A stretch of 64,000 bases of DNA from Eledone cirrhosa (GCA_964016885.1 OZ024762.1:1736001-1800000), one strand, 5' to 3'. Numbered from the stretch's first letter, positions 39,755 to 52,815 are shown. Notes: generated by a model not told the origin, from the letters alone. A program made the numbers and translations.

Positions 39755-40972
39755 GGTTAGTCTAGACAGAAGATATATCTACACACGCATGGTTAAAACA
39801 CAGTTGAAACGCACACACATGGTTAAAACACAGTTGAAATACACACATGGTTAAAACACAGTTGAAACGCACACACATGGTTAAAACACAGTTAAAATGT
39901 TAAAACACACACACACACGTTTAAAACACAATTAAACACACACATGGTTAAAAAAAAAACAGTTAAAACACACACACACAGTTAAAAAAAAAGTTAAAAC
40001 ACATGGTTAAAACACACACATGTAGAATATTCTAGCAATAAATATATTTTGACTTAAAACTGTTGATGGTATGGATCCCGTGTTTCTGAAACAATAATTT
40101 TATGAAAGGACCTTTGTTAAGTTATGTTCCAAACACCAGCCCCTGATTCTAGGCAACAAAACTGTGTATTTTAAAGTGTTTATCTATCTATATACTACTC
40201 CAACTCTCTGTGGGTATCTCGTCTGTAATTTAATACAACCAAAACGGCGCTTAATGTGAAGATATTCGGAAAGGAAGTTGCCCCTGAAATGGGAATACAA
40301 ATGGAATAAAACAAGTTTTTTTCATTTGTAGGTTTAAAGGAAAATGTGATTGTGTGATGTTCATCCATTGAACATAGTTGATTTCCTTTCAACTAGGGGT
40401 CACAGCACACAAAATGTAGGTATAGCCAACCCCGTCTCTATAGGGTAATAAACCCTTCATCCATTGAACATAGGTGACTTCCTTTCAACTAGGGGTCAAC
40501 CCACATCAATAGAAGGAGTTACCCCCCCCCCCCCCCCCGCGTCTCTTTACAGGGTAATAAACCCAGAAAAATAGAAATATTCCTCAGCTAGACACAAGGT
40601 CAGATATTTTGGTAAAGGTGTAAAGTTGATTTAAATAATTCCGACCCCAATATTCCACTGGTATTTTATTTTATTCAATCCAGAAGAAACGCGAAAAAAA
40701 AAAGAAGTTAACCTCGGTGGGATTCGAACCCAGAAAATAAAGAACCAATAATAATAATTGTTTCTGATTTAGGGACAAGGCCAGCAATTTAAAGGGAAGA
40801 GAGGAGAAAGTCAATTAAATCGACTCAGTGTATTACTGGTACTTTATTTTATCGACCTCCGTAAAGATGAAAGGCAAAGCTAACCTCGGCGGCATTTGAA
40901 CTCAGACCACAAAGGGCCGTAACTCTATGCTGCAAAGCATGGCGTCTGACGCTCTACCGATTATACTGTCAA

Positions 40973-41029
40973 GGTCGAGCAGTCTAAGGAGCTGGTTTAA
41001 GGCACCAGTCTCCAATCCCACCGCTGCCA
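40973..41029 (+). pseudogene. tRNA-Leu(AAG) pseudogene with internal deletion
   Basis: GGTCGAGCAGTCTAAGGAGCTGGTTTAAGGCACCAGTCTC..AATCCCACCGCTGCCA matches eukaryotic tRNA-Leu-AAG, but the variable arm and 5' T-arm are missing. Confidence 0.75.
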
Positions 41030-41959
41030 TATGATATATATTTTCAATGGCGATGCCCCAGCATGGCTTCGATCTATCCGCTGACACACGCCATAATATA
41101 GAATTTCTTCTTGGTTTTTATGTTTTTTAACATAATTACGTCTCCTCCATCGCCATAGCTCCACCACACCTCACTACCACACTACACCACACGACCACCA
41201 TACCACACCACCACCACCACACCACCACACCACCTCCACCACCACCATACCACACCACTACACCACCTCCACCACTACACCACCACCACACCTTATATTT
41301 TCGCAGTTTTCTTTTTCAAGGTGGGGTCGGTCTTTCATAATTGCTAATGGTTTCTCATTTAAACACTAGACCAACAGTGGGGGGTAGGGGAGGGGGGTTC
41401 GTTCATATAGACCCCCCCCCTCCCTTAATACATGACTGGTACTTTATTTTATCGTCCCTCACTCCTCCGAGGGGGGAGGGAGTGAGGAATAGAAAGCAAA
41501 GTTGACCTCGGCGGGGATTTGAACTCGGAACATTGAGAGCTACAAGAAATAATACTGAAATGCCATTTTTATCCCTCCTTGGCCCAGAGTCCATCACCGC
41601 CCCGATCCTTAGGCCAAGATCCTATCACCCTCTCCCCACACCCAGATCCTATCACCCTCTTCGCAGGCCCAGAGCCCAACACCTCCCTGAACACCACCCA
41701 GAGCCCATCACCCTCTCCCCAAACACCACCCAGATCACTAGGCCCAGAGCCCATCACCCTCTCCCCAAACACCACTCAGATCCTTAGACCTTCACGCCTT
41801 ACCCCTAACATTCTTCTGTGACCCAGAGCCCTTGACTTTTTCAACCATTTCCGTTTTTAAATATAAATAAAGTTACTTTTGTTTTAAAACACCTCATAAT
41901 TTGAAATGTGAGACAACTGGTTACAGTTTGGAGGGTGAGAGAAAATAGGAGGGAAAAGT

Positions 41960-42438
41960 GAAGTATACGTATATAGGCATATATGTATATGTACATATAT
42001 ATACGTATATATACATACATATACATACATACATATATATATACATACATACATACATATATACATACATACATACATACATATATATATACATACATAT
42101 ATATATACATACATACATATATATATACATACATACATATATATATACATACATACATATATATATACATACATACATATATATATACATACATACATAT
42201 ATATATACATACATACATATATATATACATACATACATATATATATATACATACATATATATATACATACATACATATATATATACATACATACATATAT
42301 ATATATACATACATATATATATATACATACATATATATATATACATACATATATATATATACATACATATATATATATACATACATATATATATATATAC
42401 ATACATATATATATATATACATACATACATATATATAC

Positions 42439-42472
<34 letters not shown>

Positions 42473-42606
42473 ACATACATACATATATATATACATACAT
42501 ACATATATATATACATACATACATATATATATATACATACATACATACATATATATATATACATACATACATATATATATATACATACATACATATATAT
42601 ATATAT

Positions 42607-42639
<33 letters not shown>

Positions 42640-43133
42640 CATACATACATACATATATATATATATATACATACATACATACATATATACATACATACAT
42701 ACATATATACATACATACATATACATACATACATACATATACATACATATACGTATATATACATACATGTATGTATATATACGTATATATACATATATAT
42801 ATTTAGATCCATATACATGTATGTATATATACGTATATATACATATATATATTTAGATCTATATACATGTATGTATATATACGTATATATACATATATAT
42901 ATTTAGATCTATATACATGTATGTATATATACAGGTATGTATATATACATGTATACATATATGTATGTATATATATATATACACATGTATATATATATAT
43001 ACATACAATGGAAAAATTTTAAAATGAAATAAAATGCCCCCCCCCCCTCTACATTTGAAATAAAATCTAAAATATATATACACAAAAATACATCTATATA
43101 CACACACATATATATATACGCATATATACATAC

Positions 43134-43166
<33 letters not shown>

Positions 43167-43339
43167 CATCTACACATATATCAATACATATATACACAAT
43201 ATATTATATACACAAACCGACACACATATCAATACATATATATATACACACACACACATATATATATATATACACACATCTATACACATATCAATACATA
43301 TATATATACACACACATATATATATATATATATACACAC

Positions 43340-43372
<33 letters not shown>

Positions 43373-43778
43373 TCTATACACATATCAATACATATATATA
43401 TACACACATATATATATATATATATATAATAATAATATATATATATATATATCAATACATATAATTATACACATATCAATACATATATACATATAATATA
43501 TACACACACATAATATATACATAATATACACACACATAATACATACATAATATATACACACATAATATATACATAATATACACACACATAATACATACAT
43601 AATATATACATAATATACACACACATAATATACACACACATATAACATAATATACACCCATACAATATATACACATACAACATATACACAATATACACCC
43701 ATACAATATATACACAATATACACCCATACAATATATACACAATATACACCCATACAATATATACACAATATATACAT
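41960..43778. repeat. (TA)/(TACA)/(CA) microsatellite field
   Basis: Low complexity. Confidence 0.95.
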
Positions 43779-43780
43779 AC

Positions 43781-43892
43781 CGGCGATAACAAACGACGTG
43801 GCTAGAAGTAAAATGAAAATAATTCCGACATTTCTTCCATCAACTAACATATTATAAAAGTTGTTCCCTCTCATGGCTGTCATTTTCAACAT
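43781..43892 (-). CDS. CD164: CD164-like sialomucin, first coding exon (signal peptide)
   Basis: MLKMTAMRGNNFYNMLVDGRNVGIIFILLLATSFVIA followed by a phase-1 donor G|GTATG; phase matches the exon starting at 21011; acceptor TTTACAG at 43903-43909. Confidence 0.75.
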
Positions 43893-44190
43893 GTTCCTTC
43901 TACTGTAAAGATGATCTGTTGGGGGTGAAAAAGGGGACCTTTAAAAGGGGTTTTGTAAGGGTTTTCTTGTGATGTAATACAATGAAATAAAGAAGCAACA
44001 GACGTGTGTAGAAGTGTTGTTGTTGTGCTGGTTGGTGGTTAATCTTTCAAACACAATCAATTGTGTTAATGGAGTGTTTGTTGTCCACGTTTGAAGGCCG
44101 AGCTGTTGTAATTTATACGTGTGTGTATATATATATATATATATATAATATATGTGTGTATAAATATATATATATAGATGTCTGTCTCTA

Positions 44191-44240
<50 letters not shown>

Positions 44241-44941
44241 TGTCTGTCTCTGTGTATATATATATATATATAGAGAGAGAGAGATAGATGACTATATATA
44301 TATATAGAGATGTATATATATATATATATGTTAGATCAGTGTGTAATATATATATATAAATATGTCCGTGTATTATAATATGTATATATATATATATATG
44401 AGTATGTGCCTATGTATATATATATATATGAGAGTATATACGTATGTATATATATGGATGAAATGTTAAGAGATGTCCTTCCTGGTAGGAAAGAGAATTG
44501 CGTCAGAGTTTATCTTGTTGCTAACAAATGTTACACTGTTTCTCTCCACTAAACTTAAGCCTATATATATATTTATATTTATATATATATATATATACTT
44601 ATACAGACATTGCTAACGAGGATCTCGTCTAGCGAATCATCTTATATACACACCATAAATATATAATATATTTATGTATATATATGTATATATTATATAT
44701 AGGGAGCCCTGCGATGTATTTTCCAGTCAATATCACGGGGAGAGTCGTGTATATATCTGACTCTCTCTCTCTATGTATATATATATGTGTGTGTGTATAA
44801 AGATAGATGTATATCTATATCTCTCTCTATATATACATATATATATACTGTATATATATATATATATAGATATAAATATATATACAAGGCAGAAGTGAAA
44901 TAAAAGGAGACGAGGTGATGCAGGCAGGACTGGCAGCTTAC

Positions 44942-44990
44942 CTTTGCTGTATAAGTTCTACTTCCGGTATTTCCTAGCTACGGAAACAGT
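44942..44990 (-). promoter_or_regulatory. Putative promoter and non-coding first exon of the CD164-like gene
   Basis: CCGGAAGT ETS motif (~44960-44967) followed by a strong donor AAG|GTAAGC at 44941. Confidence 0.5.
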
Positions 44991-45335
44991 TCACTCTCTC
45001 CTTTCTCACACTCTCTCCTTTCTCTCTACCTATCCCCTTTCTCACTCTCTCTCTCCTTTCTCTCTCTAGCTATCTCCTTTCTCAATCTCTCCCCACTCTC
45101 TCATTTCTCTCTCTCCCCTTTCTCTCTCTCCATCTCTCCCTCTCTTCTTTCTCTCACTCTTTCCCCCTCATCTCTTTCTAACTCCCTCATTCCGATGTAT
45201 GTGTCTGCATGTATATACACACATGCATATATATATATACACACACATATATATATATATACACATGTATATATATATATACATGTATGTATGCATCTTT
45301 AAAGGGTTTTGGGGGGGGTTTTTTAATAGAGCGAG

Positions 45336-45540
45336 AGGCTCCTGGTCATCATCTAGGAGAAGGTCCCTCTTCTTTTGGGGCAAATGTATTCAATGTTCAG
45401 AGAGTAGGATTGGCCCCGTACAAAGCTTTTTCCTTACTTCAAGCGCAGACATTTCTTGAGATGTGACATTTTTTTGCGAAGCATTGTAGGCAAGTCCCTA
45501 GCAGGACTAAAAAGTCACGTCTGTGATACTCATGGTTAAG
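45336..45540 (+). mobile_element. Degenerate RTE(BovB-like) LINE 3' end
   Basis: Terminal Zn-finger remnant 'RCDIF...KSLAGLKSHVCDTHG*'. Confidence 0.55.
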
Positions 45541-45676
45541 TATCAAGCGATGGCATTACTTGAAATCGCATATATGTATATACTCTACATTCTGAGTTCA
45601 CTTTCATCTAGAGGTAGCTATAACTGTTCCAATTCCAACCCGTCTGTCCCTTCAATCTTTCCTATTTCTCATTCTT

Positions 45677-45712
45677 TCTTCTGATGAAGGACTAGCGTCC
45701 GAAACGTTAAGA
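45677..45712 (+). ncRNA. Minimal type I hammerhead ribozyme (Penelope-like type)
   Basis: TCTT-CTGATGA-A-GGAC-TAGC-GTCC-GAAACGTT-AAGA; palindromic AACGTT stem III. Confidence 0.75.
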
Positions 45713-45805
45713 CCCTCTTCCTGCTATTTCAAGCATTAATCTAATATATTCCTTCCATATACTGTACCGATTGTGTTGTTATTTCTGTTTACCTTTTACA
45801 TATAT

Positions 45806-45858
<53 letters not shown>

Positions 45859-46054
45859 TTATATATATATATACATATATATATACATATATATATATAT
45901 ACATATATATATACATGAAGTGTTTCCGTAGGAAAAGTAAAGGAAAAGAGAGTGCTATATGTAGGCTACAGAGCATTTTAGTTATGTAATAAACAAGATA
46001 AGATAATTATTCCATTTACCAAAGGTTTCACGAAAACAGACCAGCCTGACACAT

Positions 46055-46123
46055 TTATTCTGACAACCGAAGTCAGACGTCTGTGCCAAGCTCCTCTGTC
46101 TTCATGAAACCTTTGGTAAATGG
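46055..46123 (+). ncRNA. Hammerhead motif with a G8A core change, inside the inverted-repeat module 45980-46155
   Basis: TTATT-CTGACAA-CC-GAAGTCAGA...TCTGTCTTC-AT-GAAACCTTTGGTA-AATGG; same family as 53259-53324. Confidence 0.55.
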
Positions 46124-46150
46124 AATAATTATCTTATGTTGTTTATTACA

Positions 46151-46191
<41 letters not shown>

Positions 46192-46622
46192 GGCTCATGC
46201 GACCATACAGGAAAACTAGGCAGCTGCCTAGGGTGCTGAATTCAAGGGGTAGATTTCTCCAAATCAACAATAATTTTAAAAAGTAAATAAATTCTAATTT
46301 TATTGAAGGTCGTTTTTTAAACTGGTTTATTTCATACAGGGGACAAATAGATGTTAAAAAAATTATTTTTTAATTTATTGTTTATAAATTTTGAAATTGA
46401 CATTTTCCTAGATGATGGGGAGGGAGGTGGGGGTGTGGTGTGTGTGTGGGGGGTGGGGGGTGATAGCCTGGCGCTGGCACCATATATATATATAAAAGGA
46501 GATTAATATCCCCACAGGTACTAAGTACCCCTGGAAATATATAGGGTGTCTATGATACAGTGGTTGTTCCATGGTATTAATTTGACATACCAGAACTGTA
46601 AAATTGAGATATATATGCAGAT

Positions 46623-46925
46623 ACATGGCTTAGTGGTTAGAGCATTGGCCTTGCAATCGAAAGGTTGTGAGTTCAATTCTCAGACCGGGTGATGCCGTTG
46701 TTTCCTTGAGCAAGACACTTTATTTCACATTGCTCCAGTTTACTCAGCTGTAGAAATGAGATGATAGGGACCCCAGTGGCAAAGTGGTCGTGGAGGTGCC
46801 ACGGCAAAAAAGTACCCAGCACTCACTGTAAATGAGGTTGGTGTTAGGAAGGGCATCCAGCTGTAGAAGTCAAGCCAGAATCAGTTCCCGTCCCACCCTT
46901 GCAAGCAGGGAAAAGGGGACGTAAG
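46623..46925 (+). mobile_element. Full-length tRNA-SINE family A
   Basis: A/B boxes, central domain and RTE-derived tail; another full copy at 48521-48851 (-). Confidence 0.9.
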
Positions 46926-47805
46926 TTCAGATCAAACTGTCGAAACGGCAGGAGCTCGGCCGACGGGGTCCTGAATCTTTTCTCTCTCTATATATATATA
47001 TATATGTAATAGGAACGAGTAGGACCCCGACGGCTGAGCTCAAGCCGTTTCGACTCTACTACCCTAAGTATTGAGTACTTTGGTGCGTTATGGTCCACCT
47101 GGTTCCTTACCACATTTCCTTCGTTATATATATATGTATATATATATATATCAATGTCACTGGATTGAGGTCTTTGGCACTCTGCAGTTATACAGAAGAC
47201 CCACCTTCCCTTACATACAAACTTAGACCTATAGTCAGTAGGCACCTCTTAACCCAATGTACACCCCACCCCCCATACTCCATCCTCCCACTTTCATCCC
47301 CTGTAAAGTGGTCGTGTAGGGGACACGACAAAAGGCACCCAGCCCACACTGTAAAGTGGTCGTGTAGGTGACACGATAAAAAGGCTCCCAGTCCACACTG
47401 TAAATATGTTTGGTGTTAGGAAGGGCATCCAGCCATGGAAAACCTGTTTTATATGAGCGAGACATGGTCTCCCGACCAATCTTGCCTGAAGTGGGACAAA
47501 CCCGCCCAACCCAGCGTGGAAGAAGGACGTTAAACGATGATGATGATCTAAACAGCAAGAAAGATAGAGATGTGGTAGAGATTGCTAATGTTACTTTTCC
47601 TTTGGAATAAGTACACTTAACCTCTACTAATGTATATACGTCCATAAACTTATATTTCTATGGTTACTTATGCATGACAAGTGGGATTGTTAGATGACTT
47701 GCTTTACAAAATTTGGCTTTATCTTCTCTGTATTGTTATACAAATTATCTTTTACCTGTAACATTCCATTGCATGATACCAGAAATACCAGTTGTACTAA
47801 CTCAT

Positions 47806-48170
47806 ACTAATGTACCTTCTACCAGTTGCTGTACTGTACTAACACTAATGTACCTTCTACCAGTTGCTGTACTGTACTAACACTAATGTACCTTCTACCA
47901 GTTGCTGTACTGTACTAACACTAATGTACCTTCTACCAGTTGCTGTACTGTACTAACACTAATGTACCATCTACCAGTTGCTGTACTGTACTAACACTAA
48001 TGTACCTTCTACCAGTTGCTGTACTGTACTAACACTAATGTACCATCTACCAGTTGCTGTACTGTACTAACACTAATGTACCATCTACCAGTGGCTGTAC
48101 TGTACTAACACTAATGTACCTTCTACCAGTTATACTAACACACACTAATGTACCTTCTACCAGTTGCTGT
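47806..48170. repeat. 38-bp minisatellite CTAATGTACCTTCTACCAGTTGCTGTACTGTACTAACA
   Basis: About 9 tandem copies. Confidence 0.93.
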
Positions 48171-50547
48171 AGTGTAGTACTATGATAATCGAAAACATAT
48201 CGTACACCTGAAGAAGTTTCCTTCTTTACTCTCCGACAACAGCTTATCTGACTTTAACAGAACGTGCTCCTAGTTCAAGTGTCGCCCTGGTTCTGGGCCC
48301 CTTACTTGGGCCCAGAAGCAGGTAAAACATTTTTTGGCAGGAGGATGGACACCCCCTGGTCAACTGATAGGATGGGGACAGGGTTGGATTTAAGCACAAT
48401 GGTAAATTCGGCACTTCCCATACCAGGAGTGACAGGGTCATAGTTCAGGAATTTACTGAAACATCTCTAGCCCCTCTTTTGAACTTCACAGTCTCCATAA
48501 ACACACCTTTATATCTAATCAATCATTCCATTTCATGTCCGCTTTTTCCCTGCTTGCAAGGGTGGGACGAAAACTGATTCTGGCTTGATTTCTACAGCTG
48601 GATGCCCTTCCTAACACCAACCTCATTTACAGTGAGTGCTGGGTGCTTTTTTTCCGTGGCGTCTACACGACCACTTTACAGTGGAATGATAGGGACCCCA
48701 GTCCCTAACATCTCATTTCTACAGCTGAGTAAACTGGAGCAATGTTAAATAAAGTGTCTTGCTCAAGGAAACAACACATCACCCGGTCTGAGAATTGAAC
48801 TCACAACCTTTCGATTGCAAGCCCAATGCTCTAACCACTAAGCCATGTGCCTAATCAATGTACCTGTCTTATCTCTTTCATCTATCATCTTCATGGCTTA
48901 TCTCTCTTCCTCTCTCTCCCGTCTCTCCCTCCTCCTCTTTTGTGTGTCTCTCTCTCTCTCCATCTCTCTATTTACCTCTCTCCCTCTTCTTCTTCTCTCT
49001 CTCTCTCTCATTCTTTCTTTGTCTCTATCTTCCTCTCTCTCATTCTTTCTTTGTCTCTCTCTCTCCCTCTTCTACTCTCTCTCTCTCTCTCATTCTTTCT
49101 TTGTCTCTCTATCTTCCTCTCCCTCTCCCTCTTCTCTCTCTCTCATTCTTTCTTTGTCTCTCTCTCTCTCTCTCAGTCACTCTCTGTGTCTCTTCCTCTC
49201 TCCATCCCCTCACACAGTCCCTTAAGATATTAAGTCTCTACAATATAAAACCCCATTTCTCTTTTTGTCCCAATCCTTCCCTAGCCCCCCCCCCCCCACC
49301 ATTAATCTGTTACAGATCAAAGGGAGACCCTAACCGTATTAGTCTCACCAGGTGTATTCTCATCACTCACCTTTAGCCAGGGACTAAGGTGCCTAGAAGC
49401 AGTTCCACCATCACCACCCCCACCACTGAGAGAGATTCAGCATGATACAACAGTGTGCGACACAGCTTCCCCTCCGCCACTGAATTACAGGTACAGCCCA
49501 TATTGTCTTATAGTGCAAGTGGCTGAGCATTCCACACACACATATAGCCTTAACATATCTCTCAGGGAGATTCAACATAATATGGTGTGACACGGCTTGC
49601 CCTTGCCTATTAAATTACAGGTATAGTTCGTCTGACAGGCTTCCACACAGTCTCTGTCTACCCAATCTCAACTCTTAACTGCCCACTTTAACATCTGAAC
49701 TAGATACAATAAAAGACTTAGTTCCATTAAATTACAGGTACAGTTTGTCTGACAGGCTTCCACACAGTTTCTGTCTACTCAATCTCAACTGCCCACTTTA
49801 AACACCTGAACTAGATACAATAAAAGATTTAGGCCAGCAGGCTGTTGTCCTGATCAGATTTGTCACCCAAATATTGATTCAAACAGGATTTTATTGAGAT
49901 CTATAATTATATTTGGCCTCTCATCTAATCTTATGTTGTTTACCTTTATTTAGACATATTATTTTGATGTTGTTTTTGTTGCTGCTTGGCACTTTGAAAA
50001 TATAAAATGAAAAAAAGGATTGTTATATAAATTGTCATTCAAAAAATTTTTTTTTTCCACAGCTTTGTTTCAGCTATCTATTTATCTTCTTCCCACGCCT
50101 ATCACACAGAAATCTATTTCTCCACTGCCACGACGAAAAGCACCCAGTCCACCCTGTAATGTGGTAGTGCTGGTGCTATGACGAAAAGCACCCAGTCCAC
50201 CCTGTAATGTGGTAGTCCTGGTGCCTTGATAAAATACACCCAGTGCACTCTGTAAGGTGGTAGTCCTGGTGCCACGATAAAAAGCACTAAGTCTACCCAA
50301 TAACATGGTAGTCGTGGTACCTTGATAAAATACACCCAGTGCACTCTGTAAAGTGGTAGTGTTGGTGTCATGATAAAATACACCCAGTACACTCTGTAAT
50401 GTGGTAGTGCTGGTATCATGATAAAATACACCCAGTTCACTCTGTAATGTGGTAGTGTTGGTGTCATGATGAAACAGTCAGTACACTCTATAAAGTGGTA
50501 GGGTACTCAATACATAGTAGATTATATACAATGTTTAATATAGAAAT

Positions 50548-50599
50548 GGCTTCTACAGGACTAGAACTGTTTCATTCAAAGGAAATCATCAGGAAAGCC
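50548..50599 (-). ncRNA. Type I hammerhead ribozyme (same family as 25553/25620)
   Basis: Minus strand: GGCTTTC-CTGATGA-TTTCCTTTGAAT-GAAACAG-TTCTAGTC-CTGTA-GAAGCC. Confidence 0.78.
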
Positions 50600-50717
50600 A
50601 ACTGTCATTGTGATATGGTGGTATATATATATATATATATATATATATGGAGAGAAAGTGAGAGAGAATGGAAGTGAAACAGAGATATAGAGGAAGAATC
50701 GACCTCAGTAGTACACT

Positions 50718-50757
<40 letters not shown>

Positions 50758-50787
50758 TTTCCTTTTCCGTACAACTTCATTTAGACC

Positions 50788-50824
50788 GAGCTGATGATCA
50801 GAATAAGGTGAAACAATTGTTCTC
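50788..50824 (+). ncRNA. Minimal hammerhead motif
   Basis: GAG-CTGATGA-TCAGAATAAGGT-GAA-ACAATTGT-T-CTC; palindromic stem III, weak stem II. Confidence 0.5.
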
Positions 50825-50853
50825 AATATGGTGTACAAACTGTTGTGGAACTA

Positions 50854-50891
<38 letters not shown>

Positions 50892-51075
50892 GAGGTTATA
50901 TTTAATTTGTTGGGATTCAACAAGCTTAAACATTTTTATAACTGATATAAAGCACTCAACAATAAGTAGAGTAAATACACAATATATTAATAAATGGAAA
51001 CTATCCAGGAAGCTCCAACCGTTGAGGTTGTCTTTTTTTCCGAGTATGTCAATATTTATTTATAAAACAAATCTG

Positions 51076-51141
51076 TATTTTATCTGATGAAAGTGCACCA
51101 TAATTTGCCTTGGTTGCCCTTGAAATATGTATAATAAAATA
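51076..51141 (+). ncRNA. Type I hammerhead ribozyme
   Basis: TATTTTAT-CTGATGA-AAGTGCACCA...TGGTTGCCCTT-GAA-ATATGTAT-A-ATAAAATA; stem I extends further. Confidence 0.7.
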
Positions 51142-51193
51142 AATATGGTTTTATAAATATAGCTTCCTTTTATTAATATATTAATATATTGTA

Positions 51194-51245
<52 letters not shown>

Positions 51246-51344
51246 TACAAATATTAATAAAATAGATGTTTTTTAATCAATTACATTTTATTATACATAT
51301 TTCGGAGGTACAACAGGTAACATCTCAGGGTATGTCATGTATCA

Positions 51345-51405
51345 TTATATTTTGTCTGATGAGGACGTACTGTTGTACCTCCGAAATATGTATAATAAAA
51401 TGTAA
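51345..51405 (+). ncRNA. Type I hammerhead ribozyme (family of 51076)
   Basis: TTATATTTTGT-CTGATGA-GGACGTAC-TGTT-GTACCTCC-GAA-ATATGTAT-A-ATAAAATGTAA; preceded by an inverted partial copy (~51240-51316). Confidence 0.75.
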
Positions 51406-51542
51406 TTGATCAAAAGAACATCTATTTTATTAATATTTGTATTTTAATATTAATAACTCTGGAAAATTATTTTTACCATAGAGTGCTTCCAATCTACTGT
51501 AAAACTCATTCTTTGATATACTCATTGAATCTTGTTTAACTC

Positions 51543-51585
<43 letters not shown>

Positions 51586-51847
51586 GAGAGAGAGTGAGAG
51601 AATGGAAGTGAGAAAGAGATATAGAGAAGAAGCGACCTCAGTACTGGACTGGTACATTTAATTTTTATCAACCTTGAAAGGGTGATAGGCAAAATTGACC
51701 TCGGTGTACAATATCTATGTTTAAATCAATTCAGGCAACAACACACATATTTATTCTAATGTTGAATATGCAACATATATCTAAAAAATTTGTTATTCAG
51801 TTTTTAGTCTAACCAGGTGAAAATTATATTACAATGATCATATATTC

Positions 51848-51882
<35 letters not shown>

Positions 51883-52112
51883 AATACATACATATGTATA
51901 TATTTATATATGTAATATAGAATATGCTTCGATCGAAGTATATATATTTATATATTTCATTATTGTTATTGTTATTATATCATGACTCGTACACTGTTCA
52001 TTTTCCTGACATTTGTACATTATTCTATGTACTATACATGCACCTTTGATGAGTTGTAGTGCACCTGAGCACTGTACACAATAATTTCATTATTATTATT
52101 ATATACATAAAT

Positions 52113-52145
<33 letters not shown>

Positions 52146-52488
52146 CATAAATAAATAAAGCCAGAATCAGTTCCCGTCCCACCCTTGCAAGCAGGGAAAA
52201 AACGGATGTAAAATGAAAAAAAAATGAAATGTATATACAAACACACACATACATATTTGACACTGGTATCAACCTTGATACAAGTTTACAGGTGTGGATT
52301 ACAATGATTTACCTGTCTAACTTGGACTAATTTTCATTTTAGTTTATTTATGTTTATTTTGTAAAGTATTATCTTCTGTTGTGTTGGAGAAACAGGATTT
52401 TGTTGAGTAACTTTATAGATTTTGATAAACTACTGAACTGTTTAAATATCAGTACTTTCCTTAGTCACATTTATACACACATTCTAGC

Positions 52489-52529
<41 letters not shown>

Positions 52530-52784
52530 AAATACGTATTTAAGAAAGCCACAACAATGCAGAGGGAAATCTCGAGGTAGGAAGTGAAAGATAGATAGGA
52601 AAAACAGGTGAAAGTGAAAATTGAGAGAGACAAAGATGAAAACAAAACAAAGGTAGAAGGGTTACCGTAGTAGAGATTTAATCCCAATATTTCGGGCTCA
52701 CGCCCATCAACGGGGGAAAGTTCCAAAAGGGGGGGAACAGGCCAAGCGGAGAAAGTTGTGATGTCGTTAAGACAGGAATGCCGT

Positions 52785-52815
<31 letters not shown>

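Noticed and set aside
45209-45466. Exon of a plus-strand gene divergent from CD164
   Set aside because: Better explained as a decayed RTE LINE 3' end with a Zn-finger remnant
46625-46695. Functional tRNA gene
   Set aside because: The tRNA-like segment is the head of a multi-copy SINE and has no proper acceptor stem
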